64,000 nucleotides of DNA from Eledone cirrhosa (Eukaryota), in NCBI GenBank assembly GCA_964016885.1, contig OZ024740.1, positions 333,250,001 to 333,314,000 on the forward strand, read 5' to 3'. The notes under the pieces were generated by a model. The model was not told the DNA's origin, made no database searches, and saw only the letters and a program-made list of their open reading frames with translations. The position numbers and the translations under genes are program-made. This document shows, piece after piece, positions 1 through 14,083 of this stretch (position 1 is the stretch's first letter; every line of letters begins with the position of its first letter).

Positions 1-132
1 TACTAACTTCCAGGAGTGATAAAACAACTTCTAGTCATGTGCCTCAGTCAATTTCATTGTTTCATACGTCTTCATAATACTTAGAGGAATCGCAAACACA
101 AGGTTCTAAAAACCTTCGCTAAGTACAAACCA

Positions 133-930
133 CTACCTGCCTACGGACAACTGACCCTGTATACCAGGGCCCCAACCTGGAAGAGCCGAACTCCCACTGT
201 CATCACCTCCATCTCTATCGCCCTCCCCAGCTCTCTGTATTATGAGAAAATGGGGTCCCACGTGCTGGCCGCCCCACGGCTCCGGTGGACATAATAGAGA
301 AGGGGTATCCCCGGAGGATGGTAAGGGAAATGCGCTGGAAAAGCAATTGCATCTCGTGAGGCTCACACCTGCCGCTAGCCATCTCAGTGCCTATGTTGGT
401 AAGTAGGGAGGTAGCCCTAGGGCCAAGGACACCAGAAGTCTCTACTGCTACGGGCACGACCCCAAACCTGTTGGAGACGACCGATACTTGGAGAGTTTGC
501 CCTCCTCAGCCCGAAGTGCAGCAGAGCCTGAGATAGTCGCACACTGCACCAGGTTGGAGTCGGATAATGTGTCACTTCAAGTGGCATTCCAGATGTGGGA
601 TTTGCTACCGCAGAACGGGAAGATGGTAATACCGTCTGGCCTTTTGCCGGCTCCTCGGTCTAGCCCCATGTTGAGGGTGGCCTGGCGTGGAAGGCGGCCG
701 GCACTGTGGCGACAGAAAAGCGGGTGGAGGCCGAAAGAGTCAGCAGTGGATACACAGCGATATTTGTGTGGCTTGCAGATACAGAGGCCAAAACTCAGGG
801 AAACCCCCGGGGCGCAGGTTATCGTTGTCCAGCTGCGTCCCAGTGGAGAAGCAGGGTACGGCATGGAGCCAGGCACCGTTGTGGGGTTGTGAAGCCGCGC
901 GAAAACATGCAAGGCGGTGCTGTTGGAGCT
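133..930 (-). mobile_element. 3' fragment of an RLE-endonuclease non-LTR retrotransposon (CRE-like), frameshifted
   Basis: ORF 577..912 has a degenerate zinc knuckle (C..ADSFGLHPLFCRHSAGR) and KRPDGITIFPF...IWNAT (PD motif of RLE nucleases). ORF 215..457 has PVAVETSGVLGP...LFQRISLTILRG, the typical RLE C-terminus. Confidence 0.8.
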
Positions 931-2476
931 GGCTCAATGGCCTGTCTGTGGCTAGGTTTCACTGAATGGCATTTCAAATATTTTGGGGGGACTTGACGTC
1001 AACAGTGGTAGGAAGAAGATGTACGTCTACTGTGCTAAGTCCAAGCTGGTTTCACGTCACGCGGGCGGCCTCACGTTCCTCGATCAAAGTGGGTTCCATA
1101 ATGTTTAAGAGAACCATATTGACGAAGACGTGGCATGAGGTTACTATATGCAAGAGTATTGGTACAATTGAAGATTGAACAAGGTACTACGAATTCAATC
1201 TTTCGACGCTAAATTGTTATTCTGCCATTTCTCTGCTTTTCCTATAAGTGGATTAATGCAAGATGCGTGTAGCTAACATAGTTAAAATCCTAGTCTGCAA
1301 TATGCTCACTTTTCGCTTAACGATTTGAGCCCTATTGATCATAAAATTTCGATTCATATCATAATTTTCTGGCCGTCGATTACTTTTCAGTACCTTAAGC
1401 CTTGATACAAAATTCTGCAATTAGGCAATTACGTTTCATTTTATCATTCACGTTGAAGATATACACAATAAAGTATAATAGATATTGATGTAGGTATGAA
1501 GTTTTGGTGAAAAAACATATGGGAATCTTAAATGATAGAACGGTAAAATTATTGTTTTAGATTGAAGAACAAACGTTATATATCTTAATATACTTATTCA
1601 AAATATCTGGCAGGCTCAATTTTCAATGTAATTATGTAATATCACCACAATTCTGCTGACTAATCTTAAATGTAATTTGTTGTTTAATATGTATGCTTGA
1701 TATTTGCCATTACAGAAATTGAATATGAGATTCCGTATTGTGGTTTGTGAAATGGACACAATATAACTAATTATATTATATATAAGGACCTCGTTATGAA
1801 TTTAATGTGGTTTAATTCCATCACCAAAGGATATTACTATCAACAACACTCATTAATGACTGTTATATTTCACTGATAAGGATTTATAAGACAAGAATAA
1901 TGAAATAATATTATATTGTTAATCCTGAATGGAATGTCCTAGTCACCTAACTGCCTGGTTAGATAAAGCTCTAATTAATCAAAAGATCGCTTGTCTTTCT
2001 GTTTTCAACATATTTAAAAGTGTTATTGCTCCAATAAATTCAATGCTACAGAAATATATATCTACATTGTCAACAGTTTCTGCGCTACTCTCTGGTCATA
2101 AACATTCCAACTGCACTATTATTCGCAGTAGTTATGTAAGTTCTGCATAATTACATAACTTGTCGCTAGGGCACATCGTCAGCTGCTAATCACCTTTCAG
2201 AAAAGGAAAGGGTCCTATTAAACGACTCATACAATTGTATTGTATGGCATCACTGAGAGTAACTCTTTCAGACAAGTGTTGATACGTGACATCTCCCAAG
2301 AATGAGGTCGATCAAAACTTGTTCGGTTTGAGGGAACAATTTGGCAGGAAATTCTAAGACTGAATACAAGCTAAAGCGCCAAAGCACCAAGACAGAGTCG
2401 CAGAACATAAATATATCGAGTTGAAATAAAACAATATATAACAATAATTTTGATAAATGTACAATTGTATCAATCA

Positions 2477-2666
2477 TAATTGTTTCTACATTTGGCAAAA
2501 GGCCAGCAATTATCCCAGTGCATTACTGGTGATTTATTTTATCAACCCTGTAAAGATGAAAGGCAAAGCTAACATCAGCCGGATTTCACATCATAAGGTA
2601 AAGGAACGTAAAGTACCGCAAAGTATGGTATCTGACGCTCTACAGATACTACCCAACCACCGCCCT
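2477..2666 (-). mobile_element. tRNA-derived SINE family 1 (central domain resembles Meta/Sauria-type SINE domain)
   Basis: Reverse-complement match to the copy at 25869-26051; approximate TSD AATYGTATCWATCATAAT on both sides. Confidence 0.8.
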
Positions 2667-3641
2667 TAATCGTATCTATCATAATGCATGGTAATCTTTA
2701 AATGACACTATAGTTACGTCAAAATCCTACTCACAACGCAAACATAACAAATAACATTACCGAAACAATAGTATCCAAAATCATGCTCTAGCCATATGTT
2801 GAGTCTACAATAATGCTTCTCTCCTATTCTCGCCTATCCGTATTTATTCCCTTTCTTTCATTACGCGTAACACGTTCCAGCCACTTATTGGGGACTCATC
2901 AGCCAATCACACAGTCTTCATATTGATTGGCTCACCCGTCCAATAAGACATTGGACTCAACGTGGCGCACAGGCATGTGAACGTGACACTATACTCTGTT
3001 CATCGTGCTTTGCTTGCGGCTCCGTTCCATGCTGCGTACAGTTATACTTACGTTGTTTAATACAACTTCCTATCGTCTTTACACTTGTTCTTACTTGCGA
3101 ACCCGTACACAACACCATAGATATAAAAGGCATGAAAAAAACTGGATGGCAAGCAGTGAGCTTAAACTGAGTTGTTCAATCCGAATTATTTCAGCCTAGA
3201 TAGGCTTGATTCGAGCCGTGAAGAAATAATAGCAGAATATCATTATTGGATAAATGGCATCACTATGAAGTAGGTTCTTTTCTGTAGGTAACATCATATC
3301 ATATGCACATTGCTCTAGCTGTAGGCCATGCAGTCATATAGATGTAGGTCTGACTTCCTACTGAAATCTGAAAGCTGTTGTCTAGATTTCTAATTAAATG
3401 AATGGTGGAAGGATGCCATCGCTTCTTAGCTTCATAGATGAAGCGTCAAGCTGGTATCTGAAATATATGGGATTCAATTCTTAATAACGATGGATGGCAA
3501 CTTTCTTTCCGTCTTTTAAGTGTTTTCATTCTATTTTATAATCTATATTTTAGTATCTATGCACCTGACCACATAATCTTTTATACTTATATTTTTCAGC
3601 GGTTAACAGACCGAGATTCGGCTTACATTATTTGTTTGCAT

Positions 3642-3806
3642 TTGTGGATTGGCAGTATCGGTAGAGGGTCGGACGCCATGCTTTCCAGCATAGTTACGTC
3701 CCTTTACGATCTGAGTTGAAATCCCGCCGAGGTTGACTTTGCTTTTCATCCTTACGGGGTCGATAAAATGCGGGTAATTTCTGGCCTTGTGCCTAAAGTA
3801 GAAACA
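3642..3806 (+). mobile_element. SINE family 1 copy with 15-bp TSD
   Basis: A-box-like TTGGCAGTATCGG, B-box-like GAGTTGAAATCCC, CTTTGCTTTTCATCCTTACGGGGTCGATAAAA; TSD ATTATTTGTTTGCAT at 3627-3641 and 3807-3821. Confidence 0.88.
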
Positions 3807-3904
3807 ATTATTTGTTTGCATACGGATGCCTGTTTACTACTCTGTAATCCTGCTTCCGTGTCAGCTGAAATCTGAAAGGCTGTTGTCCAACTTACACACA
3901 CACA

Positions 3905-4010
<106 letters not shown>

Positions 4011-6565
4011 CACACACCCTCACATACACACACGTGTATATATGTATTTATACGAAGTGGTGAATAGTGATTAAAATATTTTTTTTTTCTTTAACACATA
4101 TAGTAATACATAGGCCATGTTTTTCTCATGTGTCCTAGTTGTTTCCTATTCTTTTAGTTTGTTTCATTTACATAAACAAAATCCATAGAAACGACTTGCT
4201 AATGCGTCGTTGTGCAATAATATCAATTAAATATATCGCGTACCTGAATTATATTTATTCTATTATTTTTCCATAAAGATAAACCTATTACACAACGAGA
4301 GAATCTTCGTCAGACCTCTAAGGCATATAACTCTAGAGAATTAAAATATAATCTTCAATAGACTGCCTCTGCAAACGTACAAATAAATTTATTATTTTCT
4401 AAAACCTATATTTTCAACCTCGCTTTTATCTGTGGAAACATGAAATCTAGCGAAGAAAACGACTGTCTACCAAAGCAATTCACCTATACATAAAATAGTT
4501 AAACAGTTGCACATCATAATCAAACAATCAGAGTTATATCATATACACTTACGTAATGTGTCGTAAACTTCGAGAAACTGACAGAATTTGCAACATTTCA
4601 AATATGTATGCAGACAGCCACTTTAATAATATTACCGTCTATGTATTATGTTTTTTTAACAGTAATATTAATAAAAAGCTGTCTTTATCCACATTGGAAA
4701 TGTTGCGAACATCCAAATATTAAAAAAAAATCAATATGTCAAGAAATATTCGCAGAGGTTCTTGCTGACTACCACAACTTGAGATTCCTATCTCTATAGC
4801 TGACAGCTCATATAGGCATTGGGGGCATGGGAAGTACATGCTTGTCTCCCCTCGGGCACATTTTCAGCGGTCTAAAATGCCGTCGTGGGAAACACAACAT
4901 CTACGAATAAGAGAATCCCATTCAGAAATTGCCATTCAAAGATGTCAGTTTACCAGGCTGTAAAATCAATACTCAATACGTAGGCAACACGGATTAAATT
5001 AAGAAAATGCATTACCTATACGATCCTTTAAATAAGTTGGATGAATTCCTCATTAAATTATCATAAACATGAAGACATCTCGGACCTATCTACACATTAA
5101 CAGTAGCACTATTACGAAAGAAAGCCTGGAATTAACATCGGTCACTTCAGCTCAAAACCTAATGCCGGCAAGCTAAAGCTACATGACGTAATTCGTACGA
5201 CCAATTTAAATGTTAACAGATACTTGAAGACGGTCCGACACAAACTAATACACCATACACACAACGACAACATTGTCGCGTTGACTGACAACACATGTAG
5301 AGTGATCTGCCACAATACATTACAAAACAGCATGCAACAAATATATTTTGAATAAACATGATTACTGTTATACATGCCATATATGTAGAATTCACACATT
5401 CACACATAGCGGAAGATTTGCTGTAGTATGATAGCGTTGTAGATTATAACATACAGTCTCAAAATTAACTCACCTATAAAAAAGACTATTAATCAAAGTT
5501 AATTATTGCTGACAGATATTGACTTATTTGTTACTACTACATATGAACGAATATCAACATCATACTAGGCTGATCGGCTCAAACAATTGAAACAGATGTG
5601 CTATATGTGGTAATATGGTTGATTTTTCTTTGAAATGTACATGGGTGGTAATTCCACATATAATTTCCAAATCCAGTGTACGCAATCAATAGGAGGGTTG
5701 TCAAACCTCCACTACGTAGAGATATGAAGTAATTATTGGACATCTTTCCTTTATCTAAGAGAATATTGGCACATATGTTATAGAAATAAATTTAAACGGA
5801 AAATCCTGATATATTGGCTGTACTCTTTCATATTCCCTTCTCAGACTCCCGATATATTAAAGGCATATCAAGGCATATCCCCATATTAAAAATATAGTCG
5901 TACTTCTTAACGAAATGCTGCTTTGTTTCTCTAAACTGTATGGATACTAAAGAGTGCATTGGAAAACTAAATATTTAAAATGGAGGGATGTTGTTGGAAA
6001 GTAGACTGGTTGTTTTTACAGGCAATTTAAATAGCCACAATAAGTTTTCCACAGTGTTGATTTGCGTCGTTTTGATTATTAGAATTTTACACCTAAATAA
6101 CTGTTCGACAACATCTGTTGTGGATTTCTAACTAGAAATATTGAAATGTATTGAAGATAATATATCATATTAATATCATCGCATTATGTGAGTGTTGTAA
6201 TGATTAATTGTATCATAGTAAATATTATGCATTACAAGTTATATTTTGTATATATTTTTAGTTTATAGAAATCAAATGACGTAACGCACAGGAATTTGAA
6301 TGATGTAGAATACGTATGGAATAATGGTGATATACGTTATGTTGTACATACTGACACACTTCCTTTACAAAATGATTTGTAATATAGAGTAGCTGCTGAT
6401 TATGTAGCATTTTCTTTCTAAATTTTGTTTCTCATATAATGCATTATTCTATCATTTGCGTTCCATTATATGAACTGTCAGTACGCTGTTACATATTTTA
6501 TAAGCTTGACTATACACCGTCAATTTAATTTTGATGCACACATACAAGCACAGCCCCACCCCTAC

Positions 6566-6596
<31 letters not shown>

Positions 6597-6597
6597 C

Positions 6598-6683
<86 letters not shown>

Positions 6684-7242
6684 TGTGTCCGCGTGTTTAC
6701 ATCATTTATTTAAACATGGCTTTGTCTGGAAATCTAACTCCACACAAACTTATTTATGCCAGAAACAATATTTGCCATGTCTATACTTAGAATATTCGCT
6801 TCTCCCTAGTTCTCTTTTACAGTCTTTATAAATTCTGATGATCGATATTTCCCAGAAAAAATATATTTATAACATATTGAATGTACTTATAGTAATGTGA
6901 ATAAACATTTTGATGGCACCTTCTCCGAGTAGATAGAGTCTCATACATTTGTTCAATCATCTTTTTCTTTACTTTGCAGAAATTTCATCAATTACCAACT
7001 TTGCATTCCATCTATTGGAGTTGAACATGTAAAGTACTTGTTCAGAATTTGCGAAACTTATATGTTTTCTGGACAATATTCCGTTTCATATAGATGTATA
7101 TATTGGAAATACTTAGTTAAAGACTCGCGTTAATCCCCTGTAATTTTATGAGCTCAAGGAGTAAATTATCGGGCTCTCAATAATACACTATATAGAGAAG
7201 AAAACAGAAAAATAACAGATCCAATCATGCTGCCATCTCACG

Positions 7243-7432
<190 letters not shown>

Positions 7433-7899
7433 AAGAGAGAGAGAAAAGAGAGGAAAACACAAAAAGGGGGCTCTGTTTTCATTTTAAAGGCCTAGAGAAC
7501 AACTGCTGATAAACCCTGAGAAGGTATGGCACCAGCAATTCGATGAAACATTCTCTTCTTTGGGAATGTCCAGGTGTGTATAGTTATAAACTAAGGTTTT
7601 TTTAATTTTAATTATACCTCAAAATATTATGTATTTTCTCCACTTTTCGTAGACTTATATCCTTCATTATATTAGTTCTCTACCCCTTTTACATGAAAAC
7701 ATAACACCTTTTTGTGTTTTACTCTCTCTTTCTCTCTCTCTTTATATATATATATATACATGAGATGACAACATGTTATTTACCCCAAAAAATACTTTTT
7801 TTCCAATTCCACACCGCGCGTCCTTTCAATCTTTCTAATTTTTCATTCTTTCTTATATATATATATATATATATATAATTTATCTTCTTCTTTGCCAAT

Positions 7900-8260
7900 T
7901 TATTCATCAGACGGTCGTGGGGCCAGAGACCTCAAATATTCCTTCCAGTGGGTACTATCATACGCAACATTCTCCCACTGATCCGGATGGATTTCCAAGT
8001 GTGAGGAGCCAAGCTCATGGATGTTTTCGAACCCACTTGCGTGAGGTCTAAGCTTGGTTCTCCTTCAACTTGGTTTAGCCCGTAAAATCTCTCCAGCGAA
8101 TCTTTCCTGAGACATTCTAACCGCATGCGCATAGATGTGGTGTTGTGATCTTTCAATTCCTTGATATAGTGGCTCTACCTGGAATGACTTATTATATGGG
8201 AGTTACTTATTCTATCGAGTAACGTTACTCCAAAACCCTCCAAAACCGTCGCTTCGGACT
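7900..8260 (-). mobile_element. Decayed RTE-like LINE, ORF2 C-terminus
   Basis: Manual translation across frameshifts/stops: LDRISNSHI...IERSQHHIYAHAVRMSQERFAGEILRAKPS*RR...LGSSHLEIHPDQWENVAYDSTHWKEYLRSLAPRPS. Confidence 0.7.
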
Positions 8261-8448
8261 TTTGTATTCGCAATCGTATTCTTTAGGTTATTACGCTAGA
8301 TTCATGGGCATAAATAAGGGTCGTTACGAATGTATTACTTCTTTTTACTTAGTCTATTTAATTCAGTTTACCGTTCTCATACATCCGCATACAATCACAA
8401 ACATGCACACACAAACACAAACCCACACACAAACCCACACACATACAC

Positions 8449-8524
<76 letters not shown>

Positions 8525-8715
8525 CATATATATGTGTGTGTGCTGTGTGTGTATACACATATATATATATATTTATTTAGAACATGTAAGGAAGCCAACC
8601 GATGTCGTTTATATTGGAAGGTTAGAATATCTTACAAAAAAATAAGCATTTTTCAGCCAATAGACGTTGATATAGATGTATGCAGTTACGTAATGTCCGA
8701 ATGTATGTATGCATG

Positions 8716-8746
<31 letters not shown>

Positions 8747-10357
8747 AGAGAGAGAGCAAGAGAGAGAGATACATATATATGATGTATGTACACATCCTTA
8801 CATCAGTACGTGTCGATATAAACGTACGCATGTACGTAGGAACGTGTACATACACACACACATATATATATATATATAAATATATATATGCATATATATA
8901 TATATATGTATGCTGTATGTATATATTTATTAACTTGTGTGTCAGTATGTGCATACGCGTGTGCGTTCAGAGATACATCTAGGCACATAAATTATATTAC
9001 TGTGGTATCTACTGATACCGCTAACCGGACACCACCATTCACGTGTACTTGCTTATTGTAACGAATGGGTATTATAAATTGCGTAAATGTATTAGACGCA
9101 CATATGAATCAAGTAAATACAACATTTGGAAGAAACAATAGAAAAACTCATATCAGTTAATCACCAATATAACAATGGTTTTGTTCCGTTATATAAACGA
9201 TATATTTTCCAACTTGCATATAAAACGGCAATATCGAACAACAAAAGGAAGCTTCTTATTATATTCAGCTTGCAGCTACGTATATATATAATATGCTGAA
9301 TATATCTATACATATACATTAACTTACTTACATGCATACAAAAATGCATACATACATACATAGATGTTTTCACGGTATTATCTACTTATGAAGCATGATG
9401 TAGTGTCCCAACAGCTATACAATTCTATCTGTATAAAGGATAGTTATAACAATGTGGAAGACATATACATACGTAGTATGAAAAATTAGTCGTGGGATGT
9501 TCCAATCAAAATCCAAGTAAAATGCAAGCATAAAAGACTAGATATAGTGATATGAGACAGGGAAAAGAAAACATGCACTGTATTGCGCTACCCAGCCGAT
9601 GCCTAATATTATATTAAAGATTAGCGATAAGGAAAACATCTATGCAAGACTAAGGAGGAATCTGCCGGTGCTCCATACGAAATATGCCTTCGTGTTTATA
9701 CCTCTGATCATTGGGACTCTGGTACATGTTACCTACTAACTCCCTACATATCATGAAAGGTTGGGCTTCACAGAACCGGATAATAACATTACTAGTTTGG
9801 GAATTACATGTACAATCCATTAATGGAACTGTAAAAATAGGTACATTCCAAAAATTGTACATGTAATAACTGCATTTACAAATGTAAATCATATACACGT
9901 GTACACATATAACATAAAACAAAGCGATCCACACAGACAATAGCATCGATAGCTGCACAAACACACACACACACACAACACACAAATGCATGCAGACATA
10001 CATACATCTATATTTAGTTGATATATAAATTCAAATGAATGCGTCTTGTGTCTATGAACCGGCTCTCTCTGTGGGTAAACATTTATAAAACAATGAAACC
10101 AGAACTTACAGATGTACATACATACATGCATACATACATAGATATATACATACATACATACATATATTTATACGTACATACATTCATTAATATATAGAGC
10201 TAGTATTCCCTCCTATTAATTTAGATTTGTACACATGCTGACTGTGGTACTAGAATGTTATTAACAAACTTTTTACAAATCTTGATAAGCTGTGCTTAAG
10301 AGACGGCCTTAGGAGTACAGTCTTTTAATAAAGTCTCACACTTTGCAAAAGTCTAGT

Positions 10358-10685
10358 ACATGGCTTAGAGTTAGATCATTGGGCTTGCAATTGGGAGGTT
10401 GGAAATTCGCTTCTCGAACCGGTTTGCGTGTTGTGTCCTTCAGCGGGACACTTCATTTCATGTTGCTCAAGTTTACTCAGCTGTAAGAAATGAGTTGCGA
10501 TGTCTATTGTGCTAACATGTATTGGCCAACACCTTTCCCATGGACAACATCAGTGGCGTGAAGAGGGTAGACTTTTAAGAAGGGGTGACTGCTGGTCTTC
10601 CACAAATAATCTTGCCCGGACTTGTGCCTCGGAGGGAATCATTCTAGGTGCAAATTCCATAATCATTCGTGACAGAATGGGGGCT
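10358..10685 (+). mobile_element. tRNA-derived CORE-like SINE family 2, diverged
   Basis: tRNA-like head followed by TGTGTCCTTCAGCGGGACACTTCATTTCATGTTGCTC...ACTCAGCTGTAAGAAATGAG; homologous to 61630-61749. Confidence 0.65.
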
Positions 10686-11159
10686 TTATCAGTTTTTTTA
10701 GCGACAGATGGCATACCTGAATATATTCTTCCAGGAGAGCTGCGACAATACAAATATAATCGCAGATTAGCAGGCAACGAGGAAGCAATTGTTGCAAATT
10801 CCACCACGCTAACCACTTATTCGTTTGTCAGGTGTCAATAACCCATTATTGGCCAGAGCCTGAAAATAATCAGTCACTCAAAAAAGCCATTTGTAGATAT
10901 ATATTTAGGATAAATGAACCGTTGAAATGTGTAGGCGTTTGTCTTATATGTATTATTGTGGAACCATTAATAATAAATACAAACATTTTCCAAGGACAGT
11001 TGGCTTTGCTGATCATTTCTCTTAAAGGACCAGTTCTAGTTCTTCAGACGTCATTTCTATACTAAACATGATATATGTATATATATATATATATATTTCG
11101 TTTCTGAATTTGTTTAGCAAGATTCTTTATCTGAAAACATGTGTTGAAACCGATATTTT

Positions 11160-11445
11160 TATACTTTGGGAGGGTCATGTTGCCAATAAGAAACACAAGA
11201 TGGCGTAGGACAGAACAAAGGAGAGGCACAAAAACAAAGAAAAGAATCCCCAGTCACTGAAGAGGTCACATAATGTGTGACGAAAGAACTTTGACAATAT
11301 ATAAACAATCATCTGTTTGTTGAACCAACCAACCAACCGGAAATTTATTAATTCCTAAATTTATAAATTTCTTATAATAAACTGAAGTGAAAGCAACTGG
11401 TGCGTGTGTTTCTTATTCGCAACATGACCCTCCCAAAGTATAACA

Positions 11446-11447
<2 letters not shown>
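11160..11447 (+). mobile_element. PLE pLTR/3'-end fragment with 5' inverted copy of its own tail, in (TA)n
   Basis: 11160-11197 is the reverse complement of the tail at 11405-11442; contains HHR at 11253. Confidence 0.7.
11253..11295 (+). ncRNA. Minimal type I hammerhead ribozyme
   Basis: GTCA-CTGAAGA-G-GTCACA(TAATG)TGTGAC-GAAA-GAAC-TT-TGAC; stems I and II pair. Confidence 0.7.
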
Positions 11448-11504
<57 letters not shown>

Positions 11505-11735
11505 TTAGAAACACACAGATACATGCGGACACACACATATACATGAATGCATCCGCACCCAACCGTGAGTTAAGGGTGCCAACTTCACCGATGTTGCTCA
11601 ATGAATGACTGGGACAGACCAATCCGGTTGAACCAGACTGAACCAGTATCAGAGTTAAAAATACATTATGAAGAGAGAAGAAACATTTAGATATAATTAG
11701 TAATAAAATGCATCATACCTAAACTGCTCCTAAAT

Positions 11736-11825
11736 TCCTCGACTACGTAGTTTCGTGGCATAAACAAAAACAATACATCATAAAGATATAGAGTCCTTGC
11801 GAGGTCTGCCGACTTATCAAGAGGA
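11736..11825 (-). ncRNA. Type I hammerhead ribozyme, U3-A8 core variant
   Basis: Minus strand: TCCTC-TTGATAA-GTCGGCA...TGCCAC-GAAA-CTACGTAG-TC-GAGGA. Stem I is 5 bp, stem III is the palindrome ACTACGTAGT, cleavage triplet GUC. Confidence 0.8.
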
Positions 11826-12049
11826 TACCTCATTTTACTAGTCTCAAGAACGCGTCTACACGACGTGAGAAAGAATCCCAAAAGGCGGAGGGGGAGATAG
11901 TCACGCGATATAACGGTCGAGAAACAGAGCTAAGCCTCTTATAACCCCGAAGAAAATACCACGGAGGCGGAGGGGGTATTTATATAGAAGCCGTAGAAGA
12001 GGTGGTGAAGGAAGAGAGAAGTATGAGTAATGGAAGCTTTCCAGATATA

Positions 12050-12112
<63 letters not shown>

Positions 12113-12355
12113 TTAATTATAGTATTAATTAATTAGTATTAATTAAATACTATTAATTATACTATTTATGGTTATGTAAATACAAAAACCTTTTGCAGTT
12201 ATATATATTTTTTATACAAACCCTAAATAGTGGTAGGCAGTAATATATTACTACCTTATTACCAGTAAGTTAAGTAGCTCAATGTAAAAACATCAGATGA
12301 TTTACAGGCAGTTACATGAAATATAAGAATCAAAGAACTGTTCAAAACATTTTTG

Positions 12356-12402
12356 TGCTTACAACTGTTTCTTCCAAACCGAGGTTTGGATTCTTCGGAG
12401 CA
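12356..12402 (-). ncRNA. Minimal hammerhead, CCGAAGA core variant
   Basis: TGCT-CCGAAGA-ATCCAAAC(CTCG)GTTTGGAA-GAAA-CAGTTG-TA-AGCA. Confidence 0.7.
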
Positions 12403-13004
12403 ATTTATTAATGAATGGACAGTTATATGACCTCCTTTTCACCCAAGAGACATACAGATACATATGCAAATATTGTGGGTCAACATTCATTACAGCATTT
12501 AGAGTGGCAGTACACACTTAGAGATTACATTCATATTAAAAGGTACAATAAAAAATAAAAAATACAGGTTAAAATACAACATGAAAATAAGCGGTTATAT
12601 AGTGCAAATGTTATATGTGTGGCAAGCACGTACGTCTTGTTTATATAGTGTGGCAGAGAGTTACGTGTAGTAGAAGCACTTAGGTGGGTAAACAAGAGTG
12701 TTAGGTTGGTTGATCTGGTGGCAAATTCTTTATATGATTGTTATAGTCTGTGTGTGGAGAAATGATATAAGCATTAAAAATTAAAAATAGTGCAAGCATT
12801 AAAAATATTAAAAGTATTGGAAATGCACAGCGAAGGGATGATATGGACTTCATGTACTTCGACATTTTCATAGTCAGGGGAGTGTATTTTTCAGATTATA
12901 TGCCCCTCACATAATCCACGAGAATTCGATATTGAGCATTTGACAATCCAGTTAGAGAATCGTAGTCTGATGGAGGTCATATAACTGTCCATTCATTAAT
13001 AAAT

Positions 13005-13051
13005 TGCTCCGAAGAAATCAAACCTCGGTTTGGAGGAAACAGTTGTAAGCA
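13005..13051 (+). ncRNA. Minimal hammerhead, inverted copy of 12356-12402
   Basis: TGCT-CCGAAGA...CAAAC(CTCG)GTTTG...GAAA-CAGTTG-TA-AGCA. Confidence 0.65.
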
Positions 13052-13082
13052 CAAAAATGTTTTGAACAGTTCTTTGATTCTC

Positions 13083-13123
<41 letters not shown>

Positions 13124-13382
13124 GGAAAAAGAAATTTCATTTCTCACTCTTAGAACGGGTGATACTTAAATATAAGTATGTATACGTACATACATATATG
13201 TATACAGACGTACACTAGTATGTATATACATACATGCACACATATATATATATATATGTACGTATGTGTTTACCGAACATTTATTATAATGCTCGGTTTG
13301 TTTGTAAACAAACAGCCCGAATTAGTAACTGTACAGTGTTCGGCAACCATCGTTGCCCTTTTGTTCAACACTGACTAAGGAA

Positions 13383-13423
13383 TGATGAACTAGTTTCTAG
13401 CTTATTAGCTGTTATCAGCATCG
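13383..13423 (-). ncRNA. Minimal hammerhead, probably inactivated (CTGATAA)
   Basis: CGATG-CTGATAA-CAGCT(AATA)AGCTA-GAAA-CTAG-TT-CATCA. Confidence 0.6.
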
Positions 13424-13496
13424 CATGCAAACGGCCACCAATTCGGGCTGTTTGTTTACAAAAAAATCGAGCATTATAATAAATGTTCGGTAAACC

Positions 13497-13579
<83 letters not shown>

Positions 13580-13837
13580 ATGTATACATGTATGTATACA
13601 TGTATGTATATACGTACTAGTGTACGTGTGTATACATATATGTATGTACGTATACATACATATATTTAAGTGTCAGCCGTACTAAGAGTGAGAAATGAAA
13701 TTTCATTTTTTCATTTATCGTTTTCTGTACACCCGGCCGACTAACTCACTCGATATGCAAATTAGGCTGCTCAGCCGTTAATATGCATAAGGAAAGTATA
13801 TACTTTCAAACGTTCAATCAACTGACAGGAAGGTATG

Positions 13838-13878
13838 CTATGCTGATGACAGTTAATAAGCTAGAAACTAGTTCATCG
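13838..13878 (+). ncRNA. Minimal type I hammerhead
   Basis: CTATG-CTGATGA-CAGTT(AATA)AGCTA-GAAA-CTAG-TT-CATCG; palindromic stem III ACTAGT. Confidence 0.75.
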
Positions 13879-14083
13879 TTCCTTAGTCTGTGTTGAAAAA
13901 AAGGGCTACGATGGTTGCGGAACACTGTACGGCTACTAATTCGAGCTGTTTGTTTACAAACAAGCCGAGCATTATAATAAATGTTCGGTAAACACATATG
14001 TACATATATATATATACGTGTGCATGTATATACCTACTAGTGTACGTCTGTTTACATATATGTATCTACGTATACATACTTAT

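Larger units (their letters stand above)
12315..13091 (-). mobile_element. PLE 3' fragment (pLTR) with 5' inverted duplication
   Basis: 12315-12435 is the reverse complement of 12972-13091; each arm has an HHR; ends in (TA)n. Confidence 0.7.

Noticed and set aside
3430-3475. GATGA...CTGAAATATATG hammerhead-like remnant between short repeats at ~3361 and ~3865
   Set aside because: Too degenerate to support.
7488-7575. Hammerhead 3' half GAAA-CATTCTC(..)GGGAATG-TC-CAGG
   Set aside because: No intact 5' core (only TAGAGAA) or clean stem II; possibly a decayed HHR, not counted.
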